23,188 nt of DNA from IMG/VR virus record IMGVR_UViG_2728369607_000006, one strand, 5' to 3'. How positions within the stretch are numbered: the first letter of the stretch is position 1; each line of letters starts with the position of its first letter. The stretch is from a virus. Lineage: Duplodnaviria; Heunggongvirae; Uroviricota; Caudoviricetes. This document shows, piece by piece, positions 1 through 13,224 of this stretch. The notes below the pieces were generated by a model. That model was not told the origin of the DNA, made no database searches, and saw only the letters and a list, made by a program, of their open reading frames with translations. The translations under genes and the position numbers were made by a program.

Positions 1-520
1 ATGGAAGTCAACAAAAAGCAGCTGGCTGACATTTTCGGCGCGAGTATCCGTACCATTCAGAACTGGCAGGAGCAGGGAATGCCCGTTCTGCGGGGTGGTG
101 GGAAGGGTAATGAGGTGCTTTATGATTCTGCCGCCGTCATAAAATGGTATGCCGAAAGGGATGCTGAAATTGAGAACGAAAAGCTGCGCCGGGAAGTTGA
201 AGAACTGCGGCAGGCCAGCGAGACAGATCTCCAGCCAGGGACTATTGAGTACGAACGCCATCGACTTACGCGTGCGCAGGCCGACGCACAGGAGCTGAAA
301 AATGCCAGAGACTCCGCTGAAGTGGTGGAAACCGCATTCTGTACTTTCGTGCTGTCGCGGATCGCAGGTGAAATTGCCAGTATTCTCGACGGGATCCCCC
401 TGTCGGTGCAGCGGCGTTTTCCGGAACTGGAAAACCGACATGTTGATTTCCTGAAACGGGATATCATCAAAGCCATGAACAAAGCAGCCGCGCTGGATGA
501 ACTGATACCGGGGTTGCTGA

Positions 521-546
<26 letters not shown>
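1..546 (+). CDS. nu1: Terminase small subunit (gpNu1), N-terminal HTH DNA-binding protein
   Basis: 181-aa ORF starting MEVNKKQLADIFGASIRTIQNWQEQGMPVLRGGGKGNEV, essentially identical to lambda gpNu1 as recalled; 26-bp overlap with downstream A as in lambda. Confidence 0.95.
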
Positions 547-4227
<3,681 letters not shown>

Positions 4228-4247
<20 letters not shown>

Positions 4248-5547
4248 TCTCCCGCATATTGCCAGCATGGCTTTTAATGAGCCGCTGATGCTTGAACCCG
4301 CCTATGCGCGGGTTTTCTTTTGTGCGCTTGCAGGCCAGCTTGGGATCAGTCGCCTGACGGATGCAGTATCCGGCGACAGCCTGACTGCCGGAGAGGCACC
4401 CGCGGCGCTGGCGTTATCCGGTGATGATGACGGACCACGACAGGCCCGCAGTTATCAGGTCATGAACGGCATCGCCGTGCTGCCGGTGTCCGGTACGCTG
4501 GTCAGCCGGACGCGGGCGCTGCAGCCGTATTCGGGAATGACCGGTTACAACGGCATTATCGCCCGTCTGCAACAGGCTGCCAGCGATCCGATGGTGGACG
4601 GCATTCTGCTGGATATGGACACACCGGGCGGGATGGTGGCGGGAGCATTTGACTGTGCTGACATCATCGCCCGTGTGCGTGACATAAAGCCGGTATGGGC
4701 GCTGGCCAACGACATGAACTGCAGTGCAGGTCAGCTGCTTGCCAGCGCCGCCTCCCGGCGTCTGGTCACGCAGACCGCCCGGACAGGCTCCATCGGCGTC
4801 ATGATGGCTCACAGTAATTACGGCGCTGCCCTGGAGAAACAGGGCGTGGAAATCACGCTGATTTACAGCGGCAGCCATAAGGTGGATGGCAACCCCTACA
4901 GCCATCTACCGGGTGATGTCCGGGAGACACTGCAGTCCCGGATGGATGCAACCCGCCGGATGTTTGCGCAGAAGGTGTCGGCATATACCGGCCTGTCCGT
5001 GCAGGCTGTGCTGGATACCGAGGCTGCAGTGTACAGCGGTCAGGAGGCCATTGATGCCGGACTGGCTGATGAACTTGTTAACAGTACCGATGCGATCACC
5101 GTCATGCGTGATGCACTGGATGCACGTAAATCCCGTCTCTCAGGAGGGCGAATGACCAAAGAGACTCAATCAACAACTGTTTCAGCCACTGCTTCGCAGG
5201 CTGACGTTACTGACGTGGTGCAAGCGACGGAGGGCGAAAACGCCAGCGCGGCGCAGCCGGACGTGAACGCGCAGATCACCGCTGCGGTTGCGGCAGAAAA
5301 CAGCCGCATTATGGGGATCCTCAACTGTGAGGAAGCTCACGGACGCGAAGAACAGGCACGTGTGCTGGCCGAAACCCCCGGTATGACCGTGGAAACGGCC
5401 CGCCGCATTCTGGCAGCTGCACCACAGAGTGCACAGGCGCGCAGTGACACTGCGCTGGATCGTCTGATGCAGGGGGCACCGGCACCACTGGCTGCAGGTA
5501 ACCCGGCATCTGATGCCGTTAACGATTTGCTGAACACACCAGTGTAA
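4228..5547 (+). CDS. C: Capsid assembly protease / scaffold gpC (ClpP-like S49 family)
   Basis: GTG at 4228 gives (M)TAELRNLPHIASMAFNEPLMLEP..., 439 aa matching lambda gpC; the ORF track extends upstream to 4093 but the lambda-equivalent start is the GTG overlapping the B 3' end. Confidence 0.9.
4942..5547 (+). CDS. nu3: Scaffolding protein Nu3 (in-frame internal start within C)
   Basis: In-frame ATG at 4942 (MDATRRMFAQKVSAY...) sharing the C stop; corresponds to lambda Nu3 nested in C. Confidence 0.7.
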   Translation: MDATRRMFAQKVSAYTGLSVQAVLDTEAAVYSGQEAIDAGLADELVNSTDAITVMRDALDARKSRLSGGRMTKETQSTTVSATASQADVTDVVQATEGENASAAQPDVNAQITAAVAAENSRIMGILNCEEAHGREEQARVLAETPGMTVETARRILAAAPQSAQARSDTALDRLMQGAPAPLAAGNPASDAVNDLLNTPV

Positions 5548-5556
5548 GGGATGTTT

Positions 5557-5889
5557 ATGACGAGCAAAGAAACCTTTACCCATTACCAGCCGCTGGGCAA
5601 CAGTGACCCGGCACATACGGCAACCGCGCCCGGCGGATTGAGTGCGAAAGCGCCTGCAATGACCCCGCTGATGCTGGACACCTCCACCCGTAAGCTGGTT
5701 GCGTGGGATGGCACCACCGACGGTACTGCCGTTGGCATTCTGGCGGTTGATGCTGACCAGAACAGCACCACGCTGACGTTCTACAAGTCCGGCACGTTCC
5801 GTTATGAGGATGTGCTCTGGCCGGAGGCTGCCAGCGACGAGACGAAAAAACGGACCGCGTTTGCCGGAACGGCAATCAGCATCGTTTAA
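5557..5889 (+). CDS. D: Head decoration protein gpD
   Basis: 110 aa [27 protein letters not shown]...AISIV, near-identical to lambda gpD; the ORF track starts 2 codons upstream (5551). Confidence 0.93.
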   Translation: MTSKETFTHYQPLGNSDPAHTATAPGGLSAKAPAMTPLMLDTSTRKLVAWDGTTDGTAVGILAVDADQNSTTLTFYKSGTFRYEDVLWPEAASDETKKRTAFAGTAISIV

Positions 5890-5920
5890 CCTGACCCTTC
5901 ATCACTACTTCATCACTAAA

Positions 5921-5942
5921 GGCCGCCTGTGCGGCTTTTTTT
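5921..5942 (+). terminator. D-E intergenic GC hairpin followed by T-run (terminator-like or mRNA-stabilising stem-loop)
   Basis: GCCGC-CTGT-GCGGC stem-loop followed by TTTTTTT; preceded by a short direct repeat (CATCACTACTTCATCACT). Confidence 0.5.
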
Positions 5943-5955
5943 ACGGGATTTTTTT

Positions 5956-6940
5956 ATGTCGATGTACACAACCGCCCAGCTGCTGGCGGCAAATGAGCAG
6001 AAATTTAAGTTTGATCCGCTGTTTCTGCGTCTCTTTTTCCGTGAGAGCTATCCCTTCACCACGGAGAAAGTCTATCTCTCACAAATTCCGGGACTGGTAA
6101 ACATGGCGCTGTACGTTTCGCCGATTGTTTCCGGTGAGGTTATCCGTTCCCGTGGCGGATCCACCTCTGAATTTACGCCGGGATATGTCAAACCCAAGCA
6201 TGAGGTGAATCCGCAGATGACCCTGCGTCGCCTGCCGGATGAAGATCCGCAGAATCTGGCGGACCCGGCTTACCGCCGCCGTCGCATCATCATGCAGAAC
6301 ATGCGAGACGAAGAGCTGGCCATTGCTCAGGTCGAAGAGATGCAGGCAGTTTCTGCTGTGCTTAAGGGCAAATACACCATGACCGGTGAAGCCTTCGATC
6401 CGGTTGTCCGGTGGTACGGAGTGGAGCAAGCGTGACAAGTCCACGTATGACCCGACCGACGATATCGAAGCCTATGCGCTGAACGCCAGCGGCGTGGTGA
6501 ATATCATCGTGTTTGATCCGAAAGGCTGGGCGCTGTTCCGTTCCTTCAAAGCCGTCAAGGAGAAGCTGGATACCCGTCGCGGCTCTAATTCCGAGCTGGA
6601 GACAGCGGTAAAAGACCTGGGCGAAGCGGTGTCCTATAAGGGGATGTATGGCGATACGGCGATCGTCGTGTATTCCGGACAGTACGTGGAAAACGACGTC
6701 AAAAAGAACTTCCTGCCGGACAACACGATGGTGCTGGGGAACACTCAGGCACGCGGTCTGCGCACCTATGGCTGCATTCAGGATGCGGACGCACAGCGCG
6801 AAGGTATTAACGCCTCTGCCCGCTACCCGAAAAACTGGGTGACCACCGGCGATCCGGCGCGTGAGTTCACCATGATTCAGTCAGCACCGCTGATGCTGCT
6901 GGCTGATCCTGATGCGTTCGTGTCCGTACAACTGGCGTAA
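5956..6940 (+). pseudogene. E: Major capsid protein gene E, disrupted by an out-of-frame 41-bp internal deletion
   Basis: N-terminal 150 codons (5956-6405, MSMYTTAQLL...GEAFDPV) are in frame 1 and run into a TGA at 6433-6435. The C-terminal 177 codons (SGGTEWSKRDK...VSVQLA) resume at 6407 in frame 2 and end at 6940. Lambda residues 151-164 (EVDMGRSEENNITQ, recalled) are missing; 985 bp here versus 1026 bp in lambda. Confidence 0.8.
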
Positions 6941-6942
6941 TC

Positions 6943-6968
6943 ATGGCCCTTCGGGGCCATTTTCTCTC
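6943..6968 (+). terminator. E-FI intergenic hairpin with TTCG tetraloop and T-rich tail
   Basis: ATGGCCC-TTCG-GGGCCAT perfect 7-bp stem followed by TTTCTCTCT. Confidence 0.4.
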
Positions 6969-6981
6969 TGTGGAGGAGTCC

Positions 6982-7377
6982 ATGACGAAAGATGAACTGA
7001 TTGCCCGTCTTCAGGTGCTGGGTGAGCAACTGAACCGTGATGTCAGCCTGACGGGGACGAAAGAAGAACTGGTGCTCCGTGTGGCAGAGCTGGAAGAGGA
7101 GCTTGATGACACGGATGACGCTGCCGGTCAGGACACATCTGTCAGCCCGGAAAATGCGCTGACCGGACATGAAAATGAGGTGGTATCAGCGCAGCCGGAT
7201 ACCGTGATTGATACGGCTGCTCTGGTCACGGTCGTGGCACTGGTGACGCTGCATACTGATGCACTTCACGCCACGCGGGATGAGCCTGTGGCATTTGTGC
7301 TGCCGGGAACGGCGTTTCGTGTCTCTGCCGGTGTGGCAGCCGAAATGACAGAACATGGCCTGGCCAGAATGCAATAA
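6982..7377 (+). CDS. FI: Head assembly / DNA packaging protein gpFI
   Basis: MTKDELIARLQVLGEQLNRDVSLTGTKEEL... (131 aa) matches lambda gpFI; GGAGGA Shine-Dalgarno at 6973-6978. The ORF track start at 6943 is an upstream over-extension. Confidence 0.9.
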   Translation: MTKDELIARLQVLGEQLNRDVSLTGTKEELVLRVAELEEELDDTDDAAGQDTSVSPENALTGHENEVVSAQPDTVIDTAALVTVVALVTLHTDALHATRDEPVAFVLPGTAFRVSAGVAAEMTEHGLARMQ

Positions 7378-7388
7378 CGGGAGGCGCT

Positions 7389-7742
7389 GTGGCTGATTCC
7401 GATAACCTGTTCGATGCTGCCATTGCCCGCGCCGATGAAACGATACGCGGGTACATGGGAACGTCAGCCACCATGACATCCGGTGAGCTGTCCGGTGCTG
7501 TGATACGTGGTGTTTTTGATGACCCTGAAAATATCAGCTATGCCGGACAGGGGGTGCGCGTTGAAGGCTCCAGCCCGTCCCTGTTTGTCCGGACTGATGA
7601 TGTGCGGCAGCTGCGGCGTGGAGACACACTGACCATCGGCGAGGAAAACTTCTGGGTGGACCGGATTTCGCCGGATGATGGCGGAAGCTGTCATCTCTGG
7701 CTTGGGCGTGGCGTGCCGCCTGCCGTTAACCGTCGCCGCTGA
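7389..7742 (+). CDS. FII: Head-tail connector protein gpFII
   Basis: 117 aa with GTG start, (M)ADSDNLFDAAIARADETIRGYMG..., lambda gpFII size and position. Confidence 0.9.
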   Translation: MADSDNLFDAAIARADETIRGYMGTSATMTSGELSGAVIRGVFDDPENISYAGQGVRVEGSSPSLFVRTDDVRQLRRGDTLTIGEENFWVDRISPDDGGSCHLWLGRGVPPAVNRRR

Positions 7743-7753
7743 AAGGGGGATGT

Positions 7754-8332
7754 ATGGCCATAAAAGGTCTTGAGCAGGCCGTTGAAAACCTCAGCCGTAT
7801 CAGCAAAACGGCGGTGCCTGGTGCCGCCGCAATGGCCATTAACCGCGTTGCGTCATCCGCGATATCGCAGTCTGCGTCACAGGTTGCCCGTGAGACAAAG
7901 GTACGCCGGAAACTGGTAAAGGAAAGGGCCAGGCTGAAAAGGGCCACGGTCAAAAATCCGCAGGCCAGAATCAAAGTTAACCGGGGGGATTTGCCCGTAA
8001 TCAAGCTGGGTAATGCGCGGGTTGTCCTGTCCCGCCGCAGGCGTCGTAAAAAGGGGCAGCGTTCATCCCTGAAAGGTGGCGGCAGCGTGCTTGTGGTGGG
8101 AAACCGTCGTATTCCCGGCGCGTTTATTCAGCAACTGAAAAATGGCCGGTGGCATGTCATGCAGCGTGTGGCCGGGAAAAACCGTTACCCCATTGATGTG
8201 GTGAAAATCCCGATGGCGGTGCCGCTTACCACGGCGTTTAAACAGAATATTGAACGGATACGGCGTGAACGTCTTCCGAAAGAGCTGGGCTATGCGCTGC
8301 AGCATCAACTGAGAATGGTAATAAAGCGATGA
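7754..8332 (+). CDS. Z: Tail completion protein gpZ
   Basis: 192 aa MAIKGLEQAVENLSRISKTAVPGAAAMAINR..., lambda gpZ size and position. Confidence 0.9.
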   Translation: MAIKGLEQAVENLSRISKTAVPGAAAMAINRVASSAISQSASQVARETKVRRKLVKERARLKRATVKNPQARIKVNRGDLPVIKLGNARVVLSRRRRRKKGQRSSLKGGGSVLVVGNRRIPGAFIQQLKNGRWHVMQRVAGKNRYPIDVVKIPMAVPLTTAFKQNIERIRRERLPKELGYALQHQLRMVIKR

Positions 8333-8724
8333 AACATACTGAACTCCGTGCAGCCGTACTGGATGCACTGGAGAAGCATGACACCGGGGCGACGCTTTTT
8401 GATGGTCGCCCCGCTGTTTTTGATGAGGCGGATTTTCCGGCAATTGCCGTTTATCTCACCGGCGCTGAATACACGGGCGAAGAGCTGGACAGTGATACCT
8501 GGCAGGCGGAGCTGCATATCGAAGTTTTCCTGCCTGCTCAGGTGCCGGATTCAGAGCTGGATTCGTGGATGGAGTCCCGGATTTATCCGGTGATGAGCGA
8601 TGTCCCGGCACTGTCAGATTTGATCACCAGTATGGTGGCCAGTGGCTATGACTACCGGCGCGACGATGATGCGGGCCTGTGGAGTTCAGCCGATCTGACT
8701 TATGTCATTACCTATGAAATGTGA
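8329..8724 (+). CDS. U: Tail terminator protein gpU
   Basis: 131 aa [26 protein letters not shown]..., lambda gpU; 4-bp overlap with Z. Confidence 0.9.
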   Translation: MKHTELRAAVLDALEKHDTGATLFDGRPAVFDEADFPAIAVYLTGAEYTGEELDSDTWQAELHIEVFLPAQVPDSELDSWMESRIYPVMSDVPALSDLITSMVASGYDYRRDDDAGLWSSADLTYVITYEM

Positions 8725-8731
8725 GGACGAT

Positions 8732-9472
8732 ATGCCTGTACCAAATCCAGTAATGCCGGTGAAAGGGGCCGGGACCACACTGTGGGTTTATAAGGGGAAC
8801 GGTGACCCTTATGCGAACCCGCTTTCAGACGTTGACTGGTCGCGTCTGGCTAAAGTTAAAGACCTGACGCCCGGCGAACTGACCGCTGAGTCCTATGACG
8901 ACAGCTATCTCGATGATGAAGATGCGGACTGGACTGCGACCGGGCAGGGGCAGAAATCTGCCGGAGATACCAGCTTCACGCTGGCGTGGATGCCCGGAGA
9001 GCAGGGGCAGCAGGCGCTGCTGGCGTGGTTTAATGAAGGGGATACCCGTGCCTATAAAATCCGCTTCCCGAACGGCACGGTCGATGTGTTCCGCGGCTGG
9101 GTCAGCAGTATCGGTAAGGCGGTGACGGCGAAGGAAGTGATCACCCGCACGGTGAAAGTCACCAACGTGAGACGTCCGTCGATGGCAGAAGATCGCAGCA
9201 CGGTAACAGCGGCAACCGGCATGACCGTGACGCCTGCCAGCACTTCGGTGGTGAAAGGGCAGAGCACCACGCTGACCGTGGCATTCCAGCCGGAAGGCGC
9301 AACCGACAAGAGCTTCCGTGCGGTGTCTGCGGATAAAACAAAAGCCACCGTGTCGGTCAGTGGTATGACCATCACCGTGAAAGGTGTTGCTGCAGGCAAG
9401 GTCAACATTCCGGTTGTATCCGGTAATGGTGAACTTGCTGTGGTTGCAGAAATCACCGTCACCGACAGTTAA
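8732..9472 (+). CDS. V: Major tail tube protein gpV with C-terminal Ig-like domain
   Basis: [22 protein letters not shown]... (246 aa) matches lambda gpV; C-terminal [23 protein letters not shown] segment is the Ig-like region. The ORF track start at 8702 is an over-extension. Confidence 0.93.
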   Translation: MPVPNPVMPVKGAGTTLWVYKGNGDPYANPLSDVDWSRLAKVKDLTPGELTAESYDDSYLDDEDADWTATGQGQKSAGDTSFTLAWMPGEQGQQALLAWFNEGDTRAYKIRFPNGTVDVFRGWVSSIGKAVTAKEVITRTVKVTNVRRPSMAEDRSTVTAATGMTVTPASTSVVKGQSTTLTVAFQPEGATDKSFRAVSADKTKATVSVSGMTITVKGVAAGKVNIPVVSGNGELAVVAEITVTDS

Positions 9473-9487
9473 TCCGGAGAGTCAGCG

Positions 9488-9910
9488 ATGTTCCTGAAAA
9501 CCGAATCATTTGAATATAACGGTGTGAGCGTCACGCTTTCTGAACTGTCAGCCCTGCAGCGAATTGAGCATCTCGCCCTGCTGAAACGACAGGCAGAACA
9601 GGCGGGATCCAGTCTCAATCGACAGGTGAGCGTGGAAGATCTCGTCAGAACCGGTGCTTTTCTGGTGGCGATGTCCCTGTGGCATAGCCATCCGCAGAAG
9701 ACAAAGATGCCGTCCATGAATGAAGCCGTTAAACAAATTGAGCAGGAAGTGCTTACCACCTGGCCCACAGAGGCAATTGCTCAGGCTGAAAATGTGGTAA
9801 TGCGTCTGTCCGGTATGTCTGAGTTTGTTGTGAATGATGCACCTGAACAGGCAGATGACGCCGGGCCAGCAGAGCCTGTTTCTGCGGGAAAGTGTTCGAC
9901 GGTGAGCTGA
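9488..9910 (+). CDS. G: Tail assembly chaperone gpG
   Basis: 140 aa MFLKTESFEYNGVSVTLSELSALQRIEHL..., lambda gpG; contains the slippery site near its 3' end. Confidence 0.9.
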   Translation: MFLKTESFEYNGVSVTLSELSALQRIEHLALLKRQAEQAGSSLNRQVSVEDLVRTGAFLVAMSLWHSHPQKTKMPSMNEAVKQIEQEVLTTWPTEAIAQAENVVMRLSGMSEFVVNDAPEQADDAGPAEPVSAGKCSTVS

Positions 9911-10326
9911 GTTTTGCCCTGAAACTGGCGCGTGAGATGGGGCGACCCGACTGGCGCGCCATGCTTGCCGGGATGTCATCCACGGAGTATGCCGACTGGC
10001 ACCGCTTTTACAGTACCCATTATTTTCATGATGTTCTGCTGGATATGCACTTTTCCGGGCTGACGTACACCGTACTCAGCCTGTTTTTCAGCGATCCGGA
10101 TATGCATCCGCTGGATTTCAGTCTGCTGAACCGGCGCGAGGCTGACGAAGAGCCTGAAGATGATGTGCTGATGCAGAAAGCGGCAGGGCTTGCCGGAGGC
10201 GTCCGCTTTGGTCCGGACGGGAATGAAGTTATCCCCGCTTCCCCGGATGTGGCGGACATGACGGAGGATGACGTAATGCTGATGACAGTATCAGAAGGGA
10301 TCGCAGGAGGAGTCCGGTATGGCTGA
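9488..10326 (+). CDS. T: Tail assembly chaperone gpG-T fusion produced by programmed -1 ribosomal frameshift
   Basis: The -1 frame ORF 9892-10326 (FDGELSFALKLAREMGRPDW...) has no independent start context and continues from G at the G GGA AAG heptamer (9886-9892); its stop overlaps the H start. Same arrangement as lambda G/GT. Confidence 0.8.
9886..9892 (+). promoter_or_regulatory. Programmed -1 frameshift slippery heptamer G GGA AAG (G to G-T)
   Basis: GGGAAAG read as G|GGA|AAG in the G frame, 6 codons before the G stop; the -1 frame is open from here to 10326. Confidence 0.8.
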
Positions 10327-12898
10327 ACCGGTAGGCGATCTGGTCGTTGATTTAAGTCTGGATGCGGCCAGATTTGACGAGCAGATGGCCAGAGTCAGGC
10401 GTCATTTTTCCGGTACGGAAACTGATGCGAAAAAAACAGCGGCAGTCGTTGAACAGTCGCTGAGCCGACAGGCGCTGGCTGCACAGAAAGCGGGGATTTC
10501 CGTCGGGCAGTATAAAGCCGCCATGCGTATGCTGCCTGCACAGTTCACCGACGTGGCCACGCAGCTTGCAGGCGGGCAAAGCCCGTGGCTGATCCTGCTG
10601 CAACAGGGGGGGCAGGTTAAGGACTCCTTCGGCGGGATGATCCCCATGTTCAGGGGGCTTGCCGGTGCGATCACCCTGCCGATGGTGGGGGCCACCTCGC
10701 TGGCGGTGGCGACCGGTGCGCTGGCGTATGCCTGGTATCGGGGCAACTCAACCCTGTCCGATTTCAACAAAACGCTGGTCCTTTCCGGCAATCAGGCCGG
10801 GCTGACGGCAGATCGTATGCTGGTCCTGTCCAGAGCCGGGCAGGCGGCAGGGCTGACGTTTAACCAGACCAGCGAGTCACTCAGCGCACTGGTTAAGGCG
10901 GGGGTAAGCGGTGAGGCTCAGATTGCGTCCATCAGCCAGAGTGTGGCGCGTTTCTCCTCTGCATCCGGCGTGGAGGTGGACAAGGTCGCTGAAGCCTTCG
11001 GGAAGCTGACCACTGACCCGACGTCGGGGCTGACAGCGATGGCGCGTCAGTTCCATAACGTGACGGCGGAGCAGATTGCGTATGTTGCTCAGTTGCAGCG
11101 TTCCGGAGATGAAGCCGGGGCATTGCAGGCGGCGAACGAGGCCGCAACGAAAGGGTTTGATGACCAGACCCGCCGCCTGAAAGAGAACATGGGCACGCTG
11201 GAGACCTGGGCAGACAGGACAGCACGGGCATTCAAATCCATGTGGGATGCGGTGCTGGATATTGGTCGCCCGGACACTGCCCAGGGAATGCTGGAGAAAG
11301 CAGAAAAGGCTTTTGATGAGGCGGACAAAAAATGGCAGTGGTATCAGAGCCGGAGCCACCGGCGCGGTAAAACCTCAGCATTTCTTGCCAATCTCCGGGG
11401 AGCATGGGAGGACAGAGCGAATGCGCAACTTGGGCTTTCAGCCGCCACGTTGCAGGCCGATCTTGAAAAGGCCAGAGAGATGGCAGCAAAGGACTGGGCC
11501 GAGTCTGAGGCATCACGGCTGAAATATACCGAAGAGGCGCAGAAGGCTTACGAACGGCTGCAGACGCCGCTGGAGAAATATACCGCCCGTCAGGAAGAAC
11601 TGAACAAGGCACTGAAAGACGGGAAAATCCTGCAGGCGGATTACAACACGCTGATGGCGGCGGCGAAAAAGGATTATGAAGCGACGCTGAAAAAGCCGAA
11701 ACAGTCCGGCGTGAAGGTGTCTGCGGGCGATCGTCAGGAAGACAGTGCTCATGCTGCCCTGCTGACGCTTCAGGCTGAACTCCGGACGCTGGAGAAGCAT
11801 GCCGGAGCAAATGAGAAAATCAGCCAGCAGCGCCGGGATTTGTGGAAGGCGGAGAGTCAGTTCGCGGTACTGGAGGAGGCGGCGCAACGTCGCCAGCTGT
11901 CTGCACAGGAGAAATCCCTGCTGGCGCATAAAGATGAGACGCTGGAGTACAAACGCCAGCTGGCTGCACTTGGCGACAAGGTTACGTATCAGGAGCGCCT
12001 GAACGCGCTGGCGCAGCAGGCGGATAAATTCGCACAGCAGCAACGGGCAAAACGGGCCGCCATTGATGCGAAAAGCCGGGGGCTGACTGACCGGCAGGCA
12101 GAACGGGAAGCCACGGAACAGCGCCTGAAGGAACAGTATGGCGATAATCCGCTGGCGCTGAATAACGTCATGTCAGAGCAGAAAAAGACCTGGGCGGCTG
12201 AAGACCAGCTTCGCGGGAGCTGGATGGCAGGCCTGAAGTCCGGCTGGAGTGAGTGGGAAGAGAGCGCCACGGACAGTATGTCGCAGGTTAAAAGTGCAGC
12301 CACGCAGACCTTTGATGGTATTGCACAGAATATGGCGGCGATGCTGACCGGCAGTGAGCAGAACTGGCGCAGCTTCACCCGTTCCGTGCTGTCCATGATG
12401 ACAGAAATTCTGCTTAAGCAGGCAATGGTGGGGATTGTCGGGAGTATCGGCAGCGCCATTGGCGGGGCTGTTGGTGGCGGCGCATCCGCGTCAGGCGGTA
12501 CAGCCATTCAGGCCGCTGCGGCGAAATTCCATTTTGCAACCGGAGGATTTACGGGAACCGGCGGCAAATATGAGCCAGCGGGGATTGTTCACCGTGGTGA
12601 ATTTGTCTTCACGAAGGAGGCAACCAGCCGGATTGGCGTGGGGAATCTTTACCGGCTGATGCGCGGCTATGCCACCGGCGGTTATGTCGGTACACCGGGC
12701 AGCATGGCGGACAGTCGGTCGCAGGCGTCCGGGACGTTTGAGCAGAATAACCATGTGGTGATTAACAACGACGGCACGAACGGTCAGATAGGTCCGGCTG
12801 CTCTGAAGGCGGTGTATGACATGGCCCGCAAGGGTGCCCGTGATGAAATTCAGACACAGATGCGTGATGGTGGCCTGTTCTCCGGAGGTGGACGATGA
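10319..12898 (+). CDS. H: Tail tape measure protein gpH
   Basis: 859-aa ORF MAEPVGDLVVDLSLDAARFDEQMARVRRHF... with a Gly-rich C-terminal region and long coiled-coil-like middle; lambda gpH is 853 aa as recalled. Confidence 0.93.
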   Translation: MAEPVGDLVVDLSLDAARFDEQMARVRRHFSGTETDAKKTAAVVEQSLSRQALAAQKAGISVGQYKAAMRMLPAQFTDVATQLAGGQSPWLILLQQGGQVKDSFGGMIPMFRGLAGAITLPMVGATSLAVATGALAYAWYRGNSTLSDFNKTLVLSGNQAGLTADRMLVLSRAGQAAGLTFNQTSESLSALVKAGVSGEAQIASISQSVARFSSASGVEVDKVAEAFGKLTTDPTSGLTAMARQFHNVTAEQIAYVAQLQRSGDEAGALQAANEAATKGFDDQTRRLKENMGTLETWADRTARAFKSMWDAVLDIGRPDTAQGMLEKAEKAFDEADKKWQWYQSRSHRRGKTSAFLANLRGAWEDRANAQLGLSAATLQADLEKAREMAAKDWAESEASRLKYTEEAQKAYERLQTPLEKYTARQEELNKALKDGKILQADYNTLMAAAKKDYEATLKKPKQSGVKVSAGDRQEDSAHAALLTLQAELRTLEKHAGANEKISQQRRDLWKAESQFAVLEEAAQRRQLSAQEKSLLAHKDETLEYKRQLAALGDKVTYQERLNALAQQADKFAQQQRAKRAAIDAKSRGLTDRQAEREATEQRLKEQYGDNPLALNNVMSEQKKTWAAEDQLRGSWMAGLKSGWSEWEESATDSMSQVKSAATQTFDGIAQNMAAMLTGSEQNWRSFTRSVLSMMTEILLKQAMVGIVGSIGSAIGGAVGGGASASGGTAIQAAAAKFHFATGGFTGTGGKYEPAGIVHRGEFVFTKEATSRIGVGNLYRLMRGYATGGYVGTPGSMADSRSQASGTFEQNNHVVINNDGTNGQIGPAALKAVYDMARKGARDEIQTQMRDGGLFSGGGR

Positions 12899-13224
12899 AG
12901 ACCTTCCGCTGGAAAGTGAAACCCGGTATGGATGTGGCTTCGGTCCCTTCTGTAAGAAAGGTGCGCTTTGGTGATGGCTATTCTCAGCGAGCGCCTGCCG
13001 GGCTGAATGCCAACCTGAAAACGTACAGCGTGACGCTTTCTGTCCCCCGTGAGGAGGCCACGGTACTGGAGTCGTTTCTGGAAGAGCACGGGGGCTGGAA
13101 AGCCTTTCTGTGGACGCCGCCTTATGAGTGGCGGCAGATAAAGGTGACCTGCGCAAAATGGTCGTCGCGGGTCAGTATGTTGCGTGTTGAGTTCAGCGCA
13201 GAGTTTGAACAGGTGGTGAACTGA
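12895..13224 (+). CDS. M: Tail tip protein gpM
   Basis: 109 aa MKTFRWKVKPGMDVASVPSVRKVRFGDGYSQRAP..., lambda gpM size and position. Confidence 0.9.
   Translation: MKTFRWKVKPGMDVASVPSVRKVRFGDGYSQRAPAGLNANLKTYSVTLSVPREEATVLESFLEEHGGWKAFLWTPPYEWRQIKVTCAKWSSRVSMLRVEFSAEFEQVVN

Noticed and set aside
1-200. cos site or terminase binding sites (cosB) at the left end
   Set aside because: The window begins exactly at the nu1 start codon; in lambda cosN and cosB lie upstream of it, so they are not in this sequence.
5929-6940. Possibility that the E split is a programmed frameshift or two functional capsid domain genes
   Set aside because: There is no slippery heptamer at the junction, 14 conserved residues are missing, and gpE folds as a single HK97-type domain. 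A deletion pseudogene or an assembly error is the simpler explanation.
6943-6981. Upstream ATG extensions of FI (6943), D (5551), E (5929), V (8702), C (4093) and stf (GTG 19527) in the ORF track
   Set aside because: The lambda-homologous N-termini begin at downstream starts that have ribosome-binding sites; the extensions are out of keeping with the tightly packed operon and often overlap the hairpins.
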